Below, one piece after another: positions 20,940 through 34,112 of a stretch of DNA of 64,000 nucleotides. Position numbers and translations under genes: made by a program. Under the pieces are notes generated by a model. It did no database searches. It saw only the letters and a program-made list of their open reading frames with translations, and had not been told where the DNA came from. This DNA is from Squalus acanthias (Eukaryota): positions 186,001 to 250,000 of the forward strand of contig JASTWF010000328.1 in assembly GCA_030390025.1 (NCBI GenBank). Reading direction: 5' to 3'. Within the stretch, counting starts at the first letter, position 1; every line of letters starts with the position of its first letter.

Positions 20940-21345
20940 GCAGATATGGATCATCCACTCAGCAATTCTGGCTGAAGATGGTTGCAAACGCTTCAGCCTT
21001 GTCTTTTGCAATCACGTGCTGGGCTCCACCATCAGTGAGGATGGGGATATTCATGGAGCCTCCTCTTCCTGTTAGTTGGTGAATGGTCCACCACCATTTA
21101 CGACTGGATGTGGCAGCACTGCAGAGCTTTGATCTGATCCGTTGATTGTGAGATTGCTTAGCCCTGTCTATAGCATGCTGCATTCGTTTTTTAGCATGCA
21201 TGTAGTCCTGTGTTGCAGCTTCCCCAGGTTGGCACCTCATTTTTTTGTACGCATGGTGCTGCTCACGGCATGCTCTTCTACACTCCTCATTGAACCAGGG
21301 TTGGTCCCCTGGCTTGATGGTAATGGTAGATTGAGGGATATGCCA
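20940..21345 (-). mobile_element. Non-LTR retrotransposon internal fragment (non-CR1 family)
   Basis: Translation ..KWWWTI..KDKAEAFATIFSQ.. resembles a LINE EN-RT linker. Confidence 0.6.
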
Positions 21346-21346
21346 G

Positions 21347-22872
21347 GACAGAGTGAGGGATTCACCAGTGCTGTGAGATAAGGCTCACTGTTAATACTGC
21401 AGGAGTGGGACCAGTACCAGCACTGACAGAGTGAGGGATTCACCAGTGCTGTGTGATAAGGCTCACTGTTAATACTGCAGGAGTGGGTCCAGTACCAGCA
21501 CTGACAGAGTGAGGGATTCACCAGTGCTGTGAGATGAGGCTCACTGTTAATACTGCAGGAGTGGGTCCAGTACCAGCACTGACAGAGTGAGGGATTCACC
21601 AGTGCTATGAGATGAGGCTCACTGTTAATACTGCAGGAGAGGGACCAGTACCAGCACTGACAGAGTGAGGGATTCACCAGTGCTGTGAGATAAGGCTCAC
21701 TGTTAATACTGCAGGAGTGGGACCAGTACCAGCACTGACAGAGTGAGGGATTCACCAGTGCTGTGTGATAAGGCTCACTGTTAATACTGCAGGAGTGGGT
21801 CCAGTACCAGCACTGACAGAGTGAGGGATTCACCAGTGCTGTGAGATGAGGCTCACTGTTAATACTGCAGGAGTGGGTCCAGTACCAGCACTGACAGAGT
21901 GAGGGATTCACCAGTGCTATGAGATGAGGCTCACTGTTAATACTGCAGGAGAGGGACCAGTACCAGCACTGACAGAGTGAGGGATTCACCAGTGCTATGA
22001 GATGAGGCTCACTGTTAATACTGCAGGAGTGGGTCCAGTACCAGCACTGACAGAGTGAGGGATTCACCAGTGCTGTGAGATAAGGCTCACTGTTAATACT
22101 GCAGGAGTGGGTCCAGTACCAGCACTGACAGAGTGAGGGATTCACCAGTGCTGTGAGATGAGGCTCACTGTTAATACTGCAGGAGAGGGACCAGTACCAG
22201 CACTGACAGAGTGAGGGATTCACCAGTGCTATGAGATGAGGCTCACTGTTAATACTGCAGGAGTGGGTCCAGTACCAGCACTGACAGAGTGAGGGATTCA
22301 CCAGTGCTGTGAGATGAGGCTCACTGTTAATACTGCAGGAGTGGGACCAGCACTGACAGAGTGAGGGATTCACCAGTGCTATGAGATGAGGCTCACTGTT
22401 AATACTGCAGGAGTGGGTCCAGTACCAGCACTGACAGAGTGAGGGATTCACCAGTGCTGTGAGATGAGGCTCACTGTTAATACTGCAGGAGAGGGACCAG
22501 TACCAGCACTGACAGAGTGAGGGATTCACCAGTGCTATGAGATGAGGCTCACTGTTAATACTGCAGGAGTGGGACCAGTACTGATAGAGTGAGGGATTCA
22601 CCAGTGCTGTGAGATGAGACTCACTGTTAATACTGCAGGAGTGGGACCAGCACTGACAGAGTGAGGGATTCACCAGTGCTGTGAGATGAGACTCACTGTT
22701 AATACTGCAGGAGTGGGACCAGCACTGACAGAGTGAGGGATTCACCAGTGCTGTGTGATGAGGCTCACTGTTAATACTGCAGGACTGGGACCAGCACTGA
22801 TAGAGTGAGGGATTCACCAGTGCTGTGAGATGAGGCTCACTGTTAATACTGCAGGAGTGGGTTCAGTACCAG
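21347..22872. repeat. 78-bp (some 72-bp) minisatellite, ~20 units
   Basis: Unit gacagagtgagggattcaccagtgctgtgagatgaggctcactgttaatactgcaggagtgggtccagtaccagcact. Confidence 0.97.
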
Positions 22873-22879
22873 TTCTGGT

Positions 22880-23395
22880 GACGTGGGATTACTTAAGCGG
22901 TGCGTCCGGCGCAGGCGCAATGGGAAGGGCCACGCCCCTCAGCAACGGCAGCCGCTGTGGGCGGGGCTAAAACCTCATCCGCGCGCTGCCGGGCTCGCGC
23001 TGAGGCGGTTTAACGGCCGCGCTGGGTCACATCAGGAGCCACGTGACCCCCCTTTGCTGCCAGCGCCGTTCAACAGTGTGGGCGTTGCCCTGTGGCGTTC
23101 CGGGCTGCGATTGGTGGGCTTAGCTGTCAATCTACGAGTCGCAGCCAACAGAAGAGACGGACTCAGTGATCGACATTAAATTGTTGTGCGGGTGCGCTCT
23201 GTGGCCGCAGTGCGCATGCTCGGTGCAGCTCCCTGTCCCCGGATGACGCGCAGGCTCCTGTAAAATTCGGTTGAGGAAGAAACGGTTCCCGGAGATAAAA
23301 TGGCCGAGTTACCGGGGAGCGGCTGGGAACCGGACTGAGGAGCGGCGGATGGAGCCGGATCAGAGACTGGGCGGGCGGCGATGGTGCGGGTGAGT
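22880..23395 (+). promoter_or_regulatory. CpG-island promoter/first exon
   Basis: gcgcaggcgca and tgcgcatgctc (NRF1-like), gggcgggg, cacgtgac, gattgg, aaaatggccg (YY1-like). Donor GG|gtgagt at 23390. Confidence 0.65.
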
Positions 23396-23479
23396 GTGGG
23401 GAGAATCAGAGACATTTACAGCAGCGCCGGCCGACAGAGAGCGAGCGAACCTCCCCAGTCCTCGAGCCCCAGTCCCGAG

Positions 23480-25765
23480 CCTGCTCCACCATTCAATCAC
23501 ATCAAACTATCCATCTCTCTCAGCCTTGAATATACTCAGAGACTCAGCATTCACAGCCCTCTGGGGCAGAGAATCCCAGATTGAGTGAAGAAATTCCTCC
23601 TCATCTCAGTCTGAAATGGCCGACCCCTTATCCTGAGACTCTGCCCCCTAGTTCTAGACTCTCCAGCCAGGGGAAACAACCTCTCAGCATCTACCCTGTC
23701 AATCCCCTTCAGAATCGTGTATGTTTCAATGAGATCACCTCTCATTCTTCTAAACTCCAGAGAGCATAGGCCCATTCTACACAATCGCTCATCATAGGAC
23801 AGCCCTCTCATCCCAGGAATCAATCTAGTGAACCTTCGTTGCACCGCCTCCAAGGCAAGTATATCCTTCCTTCGATAAGGAAACCAAAACTGTGCACAGT
23901 ACTCCAGGTGTGGTCTCACCAAGGCCCTGTACAATTGTAGTTAGACTTCCTTACTCTTATACTCCAACCCCCTTGCAATAAAGGCCAACATGCCATTTGC
24001 CTTCCTTATTGCTTGCTGTACCTGCATGCTAGCTTTCTGTGTTTCTTGCATGAGGACACCCAAATCTCTTTCAACACCAACATTTGAAAGTATCTTGCCA
24101 TTTAAAAAATATTCTGTTTTTCTATTCTGCCTACCAAAGTGAATAATCTCACATTTCCCTACATTATACTCCATCTGCCACCTTACTGCCCACTCACTTA
24201 GTCTATCTATATCCCTTTGCAGACTCTTTGTGTTCTCCTCACAGCTTACTGTCCCACCTAGCTTTGTATCATCAGCAAACTTGGATTCATTACACTCGGT
24301 CCCTTCATCTAGGTCATTAATATAGATTGTAAATAGCTGAGGCCCCAACACTGATCCTTGCGGCACCCCACTAGTTACAGCCTGCCAACCTGAAAAAGAT
24401 CCGTTTATCCCGACTCTCTTTTCTGTCCGTTAACCAATCCTCTATCCATGCTACTATATTACCCCCAACCCCATGAGCTCTAATCTTGTGTAATCTTTTA
24501 TGTGGCACCTTATCGAATGCCTTTTGAAAATCCAAATATACTACATCCACTGGTTCCCCTTTATCTACCCTGCTAGTTACATTCTCAAAAAACTCAATAC
24601 ATTTGTCAAACATAGAACCATGTTGACTCTGCCTAATCATGTTATGATTTTTCTAAGTGTATTGATACCACTTCCTTAACAATGGATTCCAGCATTTTCC
24701 CAACGACTGATGTCAGGCTAACTGGCCTGTAGTTTCCTGGTTTTTCCTCTCGCTCCTTTCTTGAATAGCGGTGTTACATTCGCTACTTTCCAATCCGCTG
24801 GGACCATTCCAGAATCTAGGGAATTTTGGAAGATCAAAACCAATGCATCCGCTATCTCTTCAGCCACCTCTTTTAGAACCCTAGGATGTAGGCCGTCAGG
24901 TCCAGGGGATTTGTCGGCTTTTAGTCCCATTAGTTTCTCTAGTTCTTTTTCTCTACTTATATTAATTACGTTAAGTTCCTCACCCTCATTAGACCCTTGG
25001 TTCCCCACCATTTTTGGATTGCTTTTTGTGTCTTCTACTGTGAAGACAGATACAAAATATTTGTTTAACGTTTCTGCCCATTTCCTTATTCCCCATAATA
25101 ATTCCTCCTGTCTCAGCCTCTAAGGGACCAATGTTTACTTTTGCTACTCTCTTCCTTTTTACATACTTGTAGAAGCTCTTACAATCTGCTTTTATATTTC
25201 TTGCTGGCTTTCTGTCATTCCATTTTTTCCCTTTTTATCAATTTTTTGGTCAACCTTTGCTGGTTTCTGAAACTCTCCCAATCTTCAGGCTTACTATTAT
25301 TCTTTGCAACATTATAATCTTCTTTCAATCTAATGCTATCCATAACTTCTTTAGTTAGCCATGGTTGGATCACTCTTCCCGTGGAGTTTTTGTTTTTCAA
25401 TGGAATGTATTTTAGTTGAGAATTATGAAATATTTCTTTAAATGCTAGCCACTGCTTATCTACGCCATACCTTTTAATCTATTTTTCCAATCTACCTTAG
25501 CCAACTTGCCCCTCATACCTATGTAATTGGCTTTATTTAAGTTTAAGACTCTAGTTTTGGACTTAGGCAAGTCACTCTCAAAATTAATGTGAAGTTCTAT
25601 CTTATGATGATCACTCTGCCCCAGAGGATCCTTTACTATGAGATTGCTAATTAACCCTGTCTCATTACACAGTATAAGATCTAAAATTGCCTGTTCCCCG
25701 GTTGGTTCCGTGACATATTGTTCCAGGAAACTGTCCCGAATGCATTCCATGAACTCGTCCTGCAG
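23480..25765 (-). mobile_element. Decayed CR1 LINE
   Basis: KSPGPDGLHPRVLKE, YLDFQKAFDKV, PQGSVLGP, FADDTK and LVRPHLEYC in broken frames. Confidence 0.92.
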
Positions 25766-25949
25766 ACTCTTGGTCCGTAGCCCTGTAGGTTACGGCTCTT
25801 CAAGAGTACACCCAAGTACTTTTTAAATGTGCTGAGGGTCTCTGCCTCTACCACCCTTTCAGGCAGTGAGTTCCAGACCCCCACCACCCTCTGGGTGAAA
25901 ACATTACATCTGCTCTGCATCCTCCAGTGGATGGACTGGGGAGAAAGGT

Positions 25950-26362
25950 CTTTATTAGTCAAGGCATAGAATATAAGAGCAGAGAGGTTATGCGTGAACT
26001 GTATAAAACACTAGTTAGACCGCAGCTGGAATACCGCGTGCAGTTCTGGTCACCACATTACAGGAAGGATGTGATTGCACTAGAGAGGGTGCAGAGGAGA
26101 TTTACGAGGATTTTGCCTGGGCTGGGGAATTTTAGCTATGAGGAAAGATAGGATAGGCTGGGGTTTTCTTTGGAACAGAGGAGGCTGAGGAGAGACCTAA
26201 CTGAGGTGTATAAAATTATGAGCGGCCAAGATAGAGTGGATAGGAAAGACATATTTCCCTTAGCAGAAGGGTCAATAACCAGGGGGGCATAGATATAAAG
26301 CAGATGGTCAAAGGATTAGAGGGGATTTGAGGAGAATTCTTTTCACCCAGAGGGTGGTGGAG
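25950..26362 (+). mobile_element. CR1 3' fragment
   Basis: GIEYKSREVM..LVRPQLEY..QFWSPHYRKD. Confidence 0.85.
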
Positions 26363-26568
26363 GTGAAATTGTACATTTCCATCCAGAATTCTGGTGACTT
26401 TCCAGAAGCCCAGCCGGGCAGGACGAGGATCTGAGGAAATGGAGAAAATCAAACAGAAATACATCGGCCCTGAACTTTTACTTATCTGAAACATTGGAGG
26501 AAAATTGTACACTGCATTCCACTTCACAACATCAATATTATTCTCATTTTCTGTTCTGCCATAATTAG

Positions 26569-26720
26569 ATCTCCCGGGGATTGAGAGGTCCACAGCTGGA
26601 GTAAACATGGATTGTAGACTGAAGAACAACAACAGGTGAACTAGCACAGGATTGTGAGAGCACCAACCAGAGAGAACTCTTCCGATTCAAAGAGCTTCCA
26701 GAGATCGACTGGGGAGAAAG
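26569..26720 (+). other. Probable non-coding 5' exon (paralog at 60138-60302)
   Basis: Pyrimidine tract and AG acceptor, AAG|gtaaga donor, sequence conserved in the paralogous block. Confidence 0.45.
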
Positions 26721-27064
26721 GTAAGAGAGAGTCACATTGACTCAGATACACACTGGTCCTGGAGATGGACTGGGGAGAAAGGTCAGAGAGAGTCCCATTG
26801 ACTCAGATACACACTGGTCCTGGAGATGGACTGGGGAGAAAGGTCAGAGAGAGTCCCATTGACTCAGATACACACTGGTCCTGGAGATGGACTGGGGAGA
26901 AAGGTCAGAGAGAGTCCCATTGACTCAGATACACACTGGTCCTGGAGATGGACCGGGGAGAAAGGTCAGAGAGTCACATTGACTCAGATAAACACTGGTC
27001 CTGGAGATGGACTGGGGAGAAAGGTCAGAGAGAGTCCCATTGACTCAGATACACACTGGTCCTG
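26707..27064. repeat. ~58-60 bp minisatellite (~6 units)
   Basis: gactggggagaaaggtcagagagagtcccattgactcagatacacactggtcctggagatg. Confidence 0.95.
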
Positions 27065-28649
27065 TAGACAGTCCACAATGGTTACAATGCAAGGCAGGTA
27101 TTGGTGAGAATGAGACTGGGAGAGTCTGACCACCGAGCACAATTATCCAGCATGAGGCCGTGCAATGGGATGTGAAGTGAGATCAGTTTCTGTCTCTAAA
27201 CACAGAGTCACAGCGAATCTTGTGTATATTTTAGAGTAAATGGGTTTGATCTGAGGTGACTCCAGTCTGGGGCAGAGCCCAGCAGATGGACACGTGTCTG
27301 TTTAATAGGTGGGGCTGAACTCACCGATACCATCGATCAATGTTAAAATAGCTCAGATCTGGTGACAAATCAAGGGGAAAGATTGAGCAGAGAAACTAAT
27401 GATAGTCAATTCATTGAACACGATACAGAGAAACCTCAAAGATCAGCACGGCCTGTGACCAGCAGGTACAGAGTATTGTCAGATAGTGAATGCTGAGCAC
27501 AGCTTCATTACCTTTGGACATCCCCAGTGTTTAGTACTGGTGACGGTGAAAGACATTAAACGCCGGGTGAGTGTTTGCCTCCTGTTTCATTGGTCACAGA
27601 CACACAATACAGAAGTAGAACAACACCGGTCAAAGCAAGCAGGGAATGTGCTTCCAAAATCAACGTCAGATACACAGCGAGCATCAGATTCCCAGTGTAT
27701 TCTGAAATGGTGAGAACCCAAACCAAGTAAATCACAGAATATAGTCTGAAATGGGGATGAGTAATAATATTAGAAATAAAAGCTGAAAATGCTGGAAACA
27801 CTGAGCGAGTCAGGCAGCGTCTGTGGGGAGAGGAAGGTGGGGTTAATGTTTCAGATCCTGAACCTGTTCTCAGGAATGGTCATTGACCTGATCCGTTAAC
27901 CCCACCGTTTTCAGCTTTTATGACAGATTTCCAGCATCTCCAGTATTTTGCTGTTGGTAATAATATTAGAAGTTGGTTTTGATATTAGAAGAGATGTATG
28001 TTTCCTCCCTTGTACAATGTCTGTTATATTCAGGGTAAGACTGTCCAGAGTGCAATAAATTCCTGTCCCCACTCTGCCCCTGCCTCCCCCTCTCTTTCCT
28101 CTGCCTCTACCCGCGCCACACTGACCTAACCCCTGTGTCAGCTGGACGCCCAACCCCTGGGCCAGTTGGGGGGTGGCGGGGGGGGCGGTGGTGGAGGAAC
28201 AACATCACTTGAATTGTACAGGGTCGGTCAGAAGGCAAGTGCCATATTGCAGAGCCTCCCTGCAAAACAAAATCATTGAATGAGATGTTTGATAAACGTA
28301 TGAGGGAGAAAGGAATATAAGGTTATGCTGATGGGGGTTAGATGAAGAGCGGTGGCAGCAGGCTCGTGTGGAGCATAAACACCGTCACAGATCACACTCC
28401 AACCCTCCACTGCCTCTGCTTTGTCACGCTGCTTGTCCGACATCCATCTGTGATGAGCTACACATTTCTCCAATTAAACATTGGGAAAGACCGAAGACAT
28501 GGTCTTCAGCCCCTGCCAGGAATTCTGTTCCCTCCCCGTCCCAATCAGTGTCTTTTATCACCTGGAGACTTGAATTTCCCAGTGCTCTCCCGGTCGACCT
28601 TGATCCTTTCACCCTCCATAAACTTTAATGCATCAAGGCCGTGCTCACT

Positions 28650-28955
28650 GATCACCCCTGGCCTTGTGAATCTACATTGGCTCCTGGTCCCCCAGCACCT
28701 CCAAATTAAAACACTCATCCTCATTTAAACCCCTTCATGGTCTTGTCCCTTCCTGTCTCTGTAACCTCCTCCAATCCTACACTCCCCCACCTCCAAGATC
28801 TCTCTGTTTCTCCGACTCTGATCTCTTGTGCATTTCACCCTCTCCTCATCCCAACGGTGGCGGCTGTGCCTTCAGCTGTCCCGGCTCTGAAATTCCGCAC
28901 CTAAATCTCTCTGCCTCCCTCTCCTCCTGTAAGAGCAGCCTAAAACCCACTTCTT
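28650..28955 (+). mobile_element. L2-type LINE 3' fragment
   Basis: LHWLLVPQHLQIKTLILI..; homologous to 37340-37790. Confidence 0.6.
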
Positions 28956-28959
28956 CAAG

Positions 28960-31900
28960 AACATGAGAAATAGGAGCAGGAGGAGGCCATTTGGCCCTTC
29001 GAGCCTGCTCTGACATTCAATAAGATCACGGCTAATCTATTACCTCATCTCCACTTTCCTACACTATCCCCATATCCCTTGATTCCCTTAATATTCAAAA
29101 TTCTATTGATCTCTGTCTTGAATATACTCAACGACAGAGCCTCCTCCACCCTCTGAGTGAAGAAATTTCTCTTCATCTCAGTCCTAAATGGCCGACCCCT
29201 TATTCTGAGACTGTGACCCCGGTTCTATTCTCCCCAGCCAGGGGTAACATTCTCCCTGCATCTACCCTGTCAAGCCCTGTAAGAATTTCGTATGTTTCAA
29301 TGAAATTACCTTTTATTCTTCTAAACTCTGGAGAATATAGGCCTAGTCTACTCAATCTGTCCTCGTAGGACAATTCCCCCGTCCCAGGAACCAGTCTGGT
29401 GAACCTTCGTTCCACTCCCTCCAAGGGAGGAAATAGCAGAGGCTCTGACAATCATTTTCCAATCCTCTCTGGCTACAGGTGTGGTGCCAGAGGACTGGAG
29501 GACTACTAACGTGGTACCGTTGTTTAAAAAGGGATAGACCGAGTAGTTACAGGCCCGTCAGCCTAACCTCGGTGGTGGGAAAATTATTGTAAAACATTCT
29601 GAGGGACAGGATAAATCTTCATTTAGAAAGACACGGATTAATCAAGGGCTGTCAGCATAGATTTGTTATGGGGAGGTCGTGTCTGACTAACTTGACTGAA
29701 TTTTTTGAGGAGGTAACAAGGAGTGTCGATGAAGGTAGTGTGTTTGATGGAGTGTATATGGATTTTAGCAAGGCTTTTGATAAGGTCCCACATGGCAGAC
29801 TGGTCATGAAAGTAAAAGCCCATGGGATCCAAGGCAAAGTGGCAATTTGGATCCAAAATTGGCTCAGAAGTAGGAAGCAAAGGGTTATGGTCAATGGGTG
29901 TTTTTGTGACTGGAAGGCTGTTTCCAGTGGGGTTCCGCAGGGCTCAGTACTAGGTCCCTTGCTTTTTGTGGTATATATCAATGATTTAGACTTGAATATA
30001 GGGGGTATGATTAAGAAGTTTGCAGATGATACAAAAATTGGCAATGCGGTGGATAATGAAGAAGAAAGCTTTAGACTGCAGGAAGAGATCAGTGGACTGG
30101 TCAGGTGGGCAGGACAGTGGCAAATGGAATTTAATCTGGAGAAGTGCGAGTTAATGCATTTGGGAGGGCTAACAAGGCAAGAGAATACACAATAAATGGT
30201 AGGACACTGATAAGTGCAGGGGAACAGAGGGACCTTGAAGTGCATGTCCACAGATCCCTAAAGGTAGCAGGACAGGTAGATAAGGTGGTTAAGAAAGCAT
30301 ACGGGATACTTGCCTTTATTAGCCGCAGCATAGAATATAAGAGCAGGGAGGTTATGCTTCAACTGTATAAAATGCTAGTTAGGCCTCCGCTAGAGTACTG
30401 CGTGCAGTTCTGGTCACCACATTACAGGAAAGATGTGATTGCGCTAGAGAGGGTACAGTGGAGATTTACGAGGATGTTGCCGGGAGTAGAGAATTTTAGC
30501 TATGTGGAAAGATTGGAGAGGTTGGGGTTGTTTTCTTTGAGGGGCCTAGATAGAGTGGGTAGGAAGGAACTATTTCCCTTAGCAGAAGGGTCATTAACCA
30601 GGGGGCATAGATTAAAAGTAATTGGTCAGAAGTTTAGAGGGGATTTGAGGAGAATTTTTTTCACCCAGGTGGCTGGGGGTCTGGAACTCACTGCCTGAAA
30701 GGGTGGTAGAGGCAGAGACCCTCATCACATTTAAAAAGTACTTGGATATGCACTTGAAGTGCCGTAACCTACAAGACTATGGGCCAAGTGCTGGAAAGTG
30801 GGATTAGGGTAGATAGCTCATTGTCGGCCGGCACGGACAAGATGGGCCAAATGGCGGTCTCCTGTGCTGTAAATTTCTATGATTCTATGGCAGGTATATC
30901 CTTCCTTGGGTAAGGAGACCTAAACTGTACACAATACTCCCGGTGTAGTCTCACCAGGGCCCTATATAATTGCAGTAAGACATCTTTACTCTTATAATCA
31001 AATCCTCTTGTAATAAAGGCCAACATACCATTTGCTTTCCTAATTGCTTGCTGTACCTACAAGTTAACTTTCAGTGATTCGTGTACAAGGGCACCCAGGT
31101 CCCTCTGAACACCAACATTTCACAATCTCTCTCCATTTTAAAAATACTCTGCTTTTCTATTTTTCCTACCAAAGTGGATAACTTTTCATTTCTCCACGTT
31201 ATATTCCATTTGCCATGTTCTTGCCCACTCACTTAGCCTTTCTATATCCCCTTGAGGCCTCCTTGCATCCTCCTCACAAATTACATTCCCACCCAGCTTT
31301 GTATCATCAGCAAACTTGGATATATTACTTTTGGTCCCCTCATCCAAATCATTGATGTAGATTGTGAATAGCTGAGGCCCAAGCACTGATTCTTGCGGTA
31401 CCCCACTAATTACAGCCTGCCAACCCGAAAATGACCCGTTTATTCCTACTCTCTGTTTTCTGTCCGTTAACCAATCCTCAATCCATGCTAATATATTCCC
31501 CCCAATCCCATGAGCCCTAATTTTGTTTAATAACCTCTTGTGTGGCACCTTGTTGAATGCGTTCTGAAAATCCAAATACACCACATCCACTGGTTCCCCC
31601 TTCTCCTGCGAGTTATAATCTCAAAAAACTCTAACAGACTTGTAAAACACGAATTCCCTTTCATAAATCCGTGTTGACTCTGCCCAATCCTATTATTATT
31701 TTCTAAGTGCTCTGTTACCACATCCTTAATAATAGATTCTAGCATTTTCCCTGCTACTGATGTCAGGCTAACTGGTCTGTAATTCCCCATTTTCTCTCTC
31801 CCTCCTTTCTTAAATCATGGGGTTACATTTGCTACCTTCCAATCCACGGGAACCATTCTAGAATCTGGAATTTTGGAAAATGACAACCAATGCATCTACT

Positions 31901-32645
31901 ATCTCTATAGCCACCTCTTTCAAAACCCTAGGATGTAGACCATCAGGTCCAGGGGACTGATTGGCTTTCAGTCCCATTAATTTCGCCAGTACTATTTTTT
32001 TTTACTAATACTAATTTCTTTCAGTTCCTCATTCTCGCTCGACCCTTGGTTCTCCACTATTTCTGGGAATTTCTTTGTGTTTGTCTTCTGTGAAGACAAA
32101 CACAAAGTATTTGTTTAATTTCCCTGCCATTTCCTTATTCCCCATTATAATTTCTCCTTTCTCAGCCTGTAAGGGCCCCACATTTACTTTTGCTAATCTT
32201 TTCCTGTTTACAATACCTATAGAAGCTTTTACAGTCTGTTTGGATGTCTCTCGCTAGTTTACTCTCATTCTATTTTCCCTTTCTTTATCAATTTCTTGGT
32301 CCTCCTTTGCTGAATACTAAAATCCTCCCAATCCTCAGGCTTACTACTCCTTTTGGCAACATTTTAAGCCTCTTCCTTTGATCGAATGCTATCTTTAACT
32401 TCTCTTGTTAGCCACGGTTGGACCACTTTTCCTGTGGGGTTTTTGTGCCTTAAAGGAATGTATATTTGTTGTAAATTATGTATTAATTGTTTAAATGCTA
32501 GCCATTGCTTGTCTACTGCCATACCTTTTAATGCATTTCCCAATCTACCTTAGCCAACTCGCCCCTCATACTACGTAGTTTGCTTTGTTTAGATTTAAGA
32601 CCCTAGTTTTGGATTTAACTAAATCACTTTCAAACTCAACATAAA
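28960..32645 (-). mobile_element. Decayed CR1 LINE interrupted by a nested + strand CR1
   Basis: CR1 RT motifs on -. The host sequence ctccaagg|caggtatatccttcc is split at ~29426/30889. Confidence 0.88.
29427..30888 (+). mobile_element. Nested 5'-truncated CR1 LINE
   Basis: YMDFSKAFDKV, PQGSVLGP, FADDTK; 3' tail ttctatgattctat. Confidence 0.9.
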
Positions 32646-32649
32646 ATTC

Positions 32650-32855
32650 AGAAATAACAACAGAAAGCGCTGGAAAAACTCAGCAGGCCAGGCAAAAATC
32701 CGTGGAGAGAGAAACAGAGTTAACGTTTCAGGTCGAAGACCCTTCGTCAGAACTGAGAAAAAAGCAGGAAATGAAACAGATGAAAAAGCAAGTTTGGAGG
32801 CTGGGGGAGGGAATAAAAGAACAAAAGGGGAGGTCTGTGAGAAGAAAAGAGACAT
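32650..32855 (-). mobile_element. Short Penelope-derived repeat with HHR-like core (32719-32750)
   Basis: Reverse complement reads CTGACGAAGGGTCTTCGACCTGAAACGTTAAC. Homologous to 57130-57330 and 46885-47012. Confidence 0.65.
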
Positions 32856-32863
32856 AAAATTCA

Positions 32864-33250
32864 GACTCAGATACACACTGGTCCTGGAGATGGACTGGGG
32901 AGAAAGGTCAGAGAGTCCCATTGACTCAGATACACACTGGTCCTGGAGATGGACTGGGGAGAAAGGTCAGAGAGTGTCCCATTGACTCAGATACACACTG
33001 GTCCTGGAGATGGACTGGGGAGAAAGGTCAGAGAATCCCATTGACTCAGATACACACTGGTCCTGGAGATGGACTGGGGAGAAAGGTCAGAGAGAGTCCC
33101 ATTGACTCAGATACACACTGGTCCTGGAGATGGACTGGGGAGAAAGGTCAGAGAGTGTCCCATTGACTCCGATACACACTGGTCCTGGAGATGGACTGGG
33201 GAGAAAGGTCAGAGAGTGTCCCATTGATTCAGATGAATACTGGTCCTGTA
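32864..33250. repeat. ~58-60 bp minisatellite, same family as 26707-27064
   Basis: Same unit. Downstream 33250-33650 is also homologous to 27064-27460. Confidence 0.95.
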
Positions 33251-33758
33251 GACAGGACAAAAAAGCTACACGTTCAGGCTGGAAATGTTGAGAATGAGAG
33301 TGGGAGAGTCTGACCACCGAGCTCAATTATCCAGCATGAGGCTGTGCAATGGAATGTGAAGTGAGGTCAGTTTCTGTCTCTGAACACACAGTCAGAAGTG
33401 AATCGTGTGTGTTTTCTAGTAAAGGGATTTGATCTAAATAATGATTCCGGTCTGAGACAGTGCCCAGCAGACGGACACGTGCTTGTTTATTAGGTGGGGC
33501 TGAACTCACACCGTCACCATCACATCTCAATTATAAATTAGCTTAGATCTGGTGACAATTCAAATGGAAAGATTGAATCGGAAACACCATAGTCAATTCA
33601 ATGATCACGATTCACAGACCAATCTCAAAGATCAGCACGGCCTATTACCGACAGAATCAATTATTCATTTACTAACAATTATAATTATAATGAAATATAT
33701 CGCTAATTACAAACATCTAGAATTTGTGATTTATTGATCAATAGAGATATGCAGAATT

Positions 33759-33935
33759 CCGCCCGCACCCTGACCCGCCCGCCCGCACCCTGACCCGCCC
33801 GCCCGCCCCCTGACCACTTCCGCCCGCACCCTGACCCGCCCGCCCGCACCCTGACCCGCCCGCCCGCCCCCTGACCACTTCCGCCCGCGCCCTGACCCTC
33901 CCACGCCCTGATTCCCCCCCGCACTCACCCCCTGA
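33759..33935. repeat. C-rich ~20-bp tandem repeat
   Basis: cgcccgcaccctgacccgcc variants. Confidence 0.9.
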
Positions 33936-34112
33936 TTACCAATCAGTTGAAATATTTTTCACAAGTTTAGAATTTACAAATCGATGTCCTCGTGTCTCGA
34001 TTTTGTATCAGTGGTGCAATGGAATTTTTTGAATCTGCGTGTTTCTGTTCTATTCTAATATACCCTGCTATAACCTGGAATTAAATATTTTGCAGTTAAC
34101 AAGTTGCCTGAG

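Noticed and set aside
21237..22817. 526-aa Cys/Trp-rich ORF; regular array superficially like CRISPR or LRR
   Set aside because: It is the translation of a 78/72-bp minisatellite whose unit is a multiple of 3. There are no unique spacers or splice/start context, and the ORF runs into a LINE fragment.
23480..25400. CR1 shared with 60791-62726 as part of the segmental duplication
   Set aside because: It lies on different sides of the paralogous exon in the two copies, so independent insertions of one subfamily are a better explanation.
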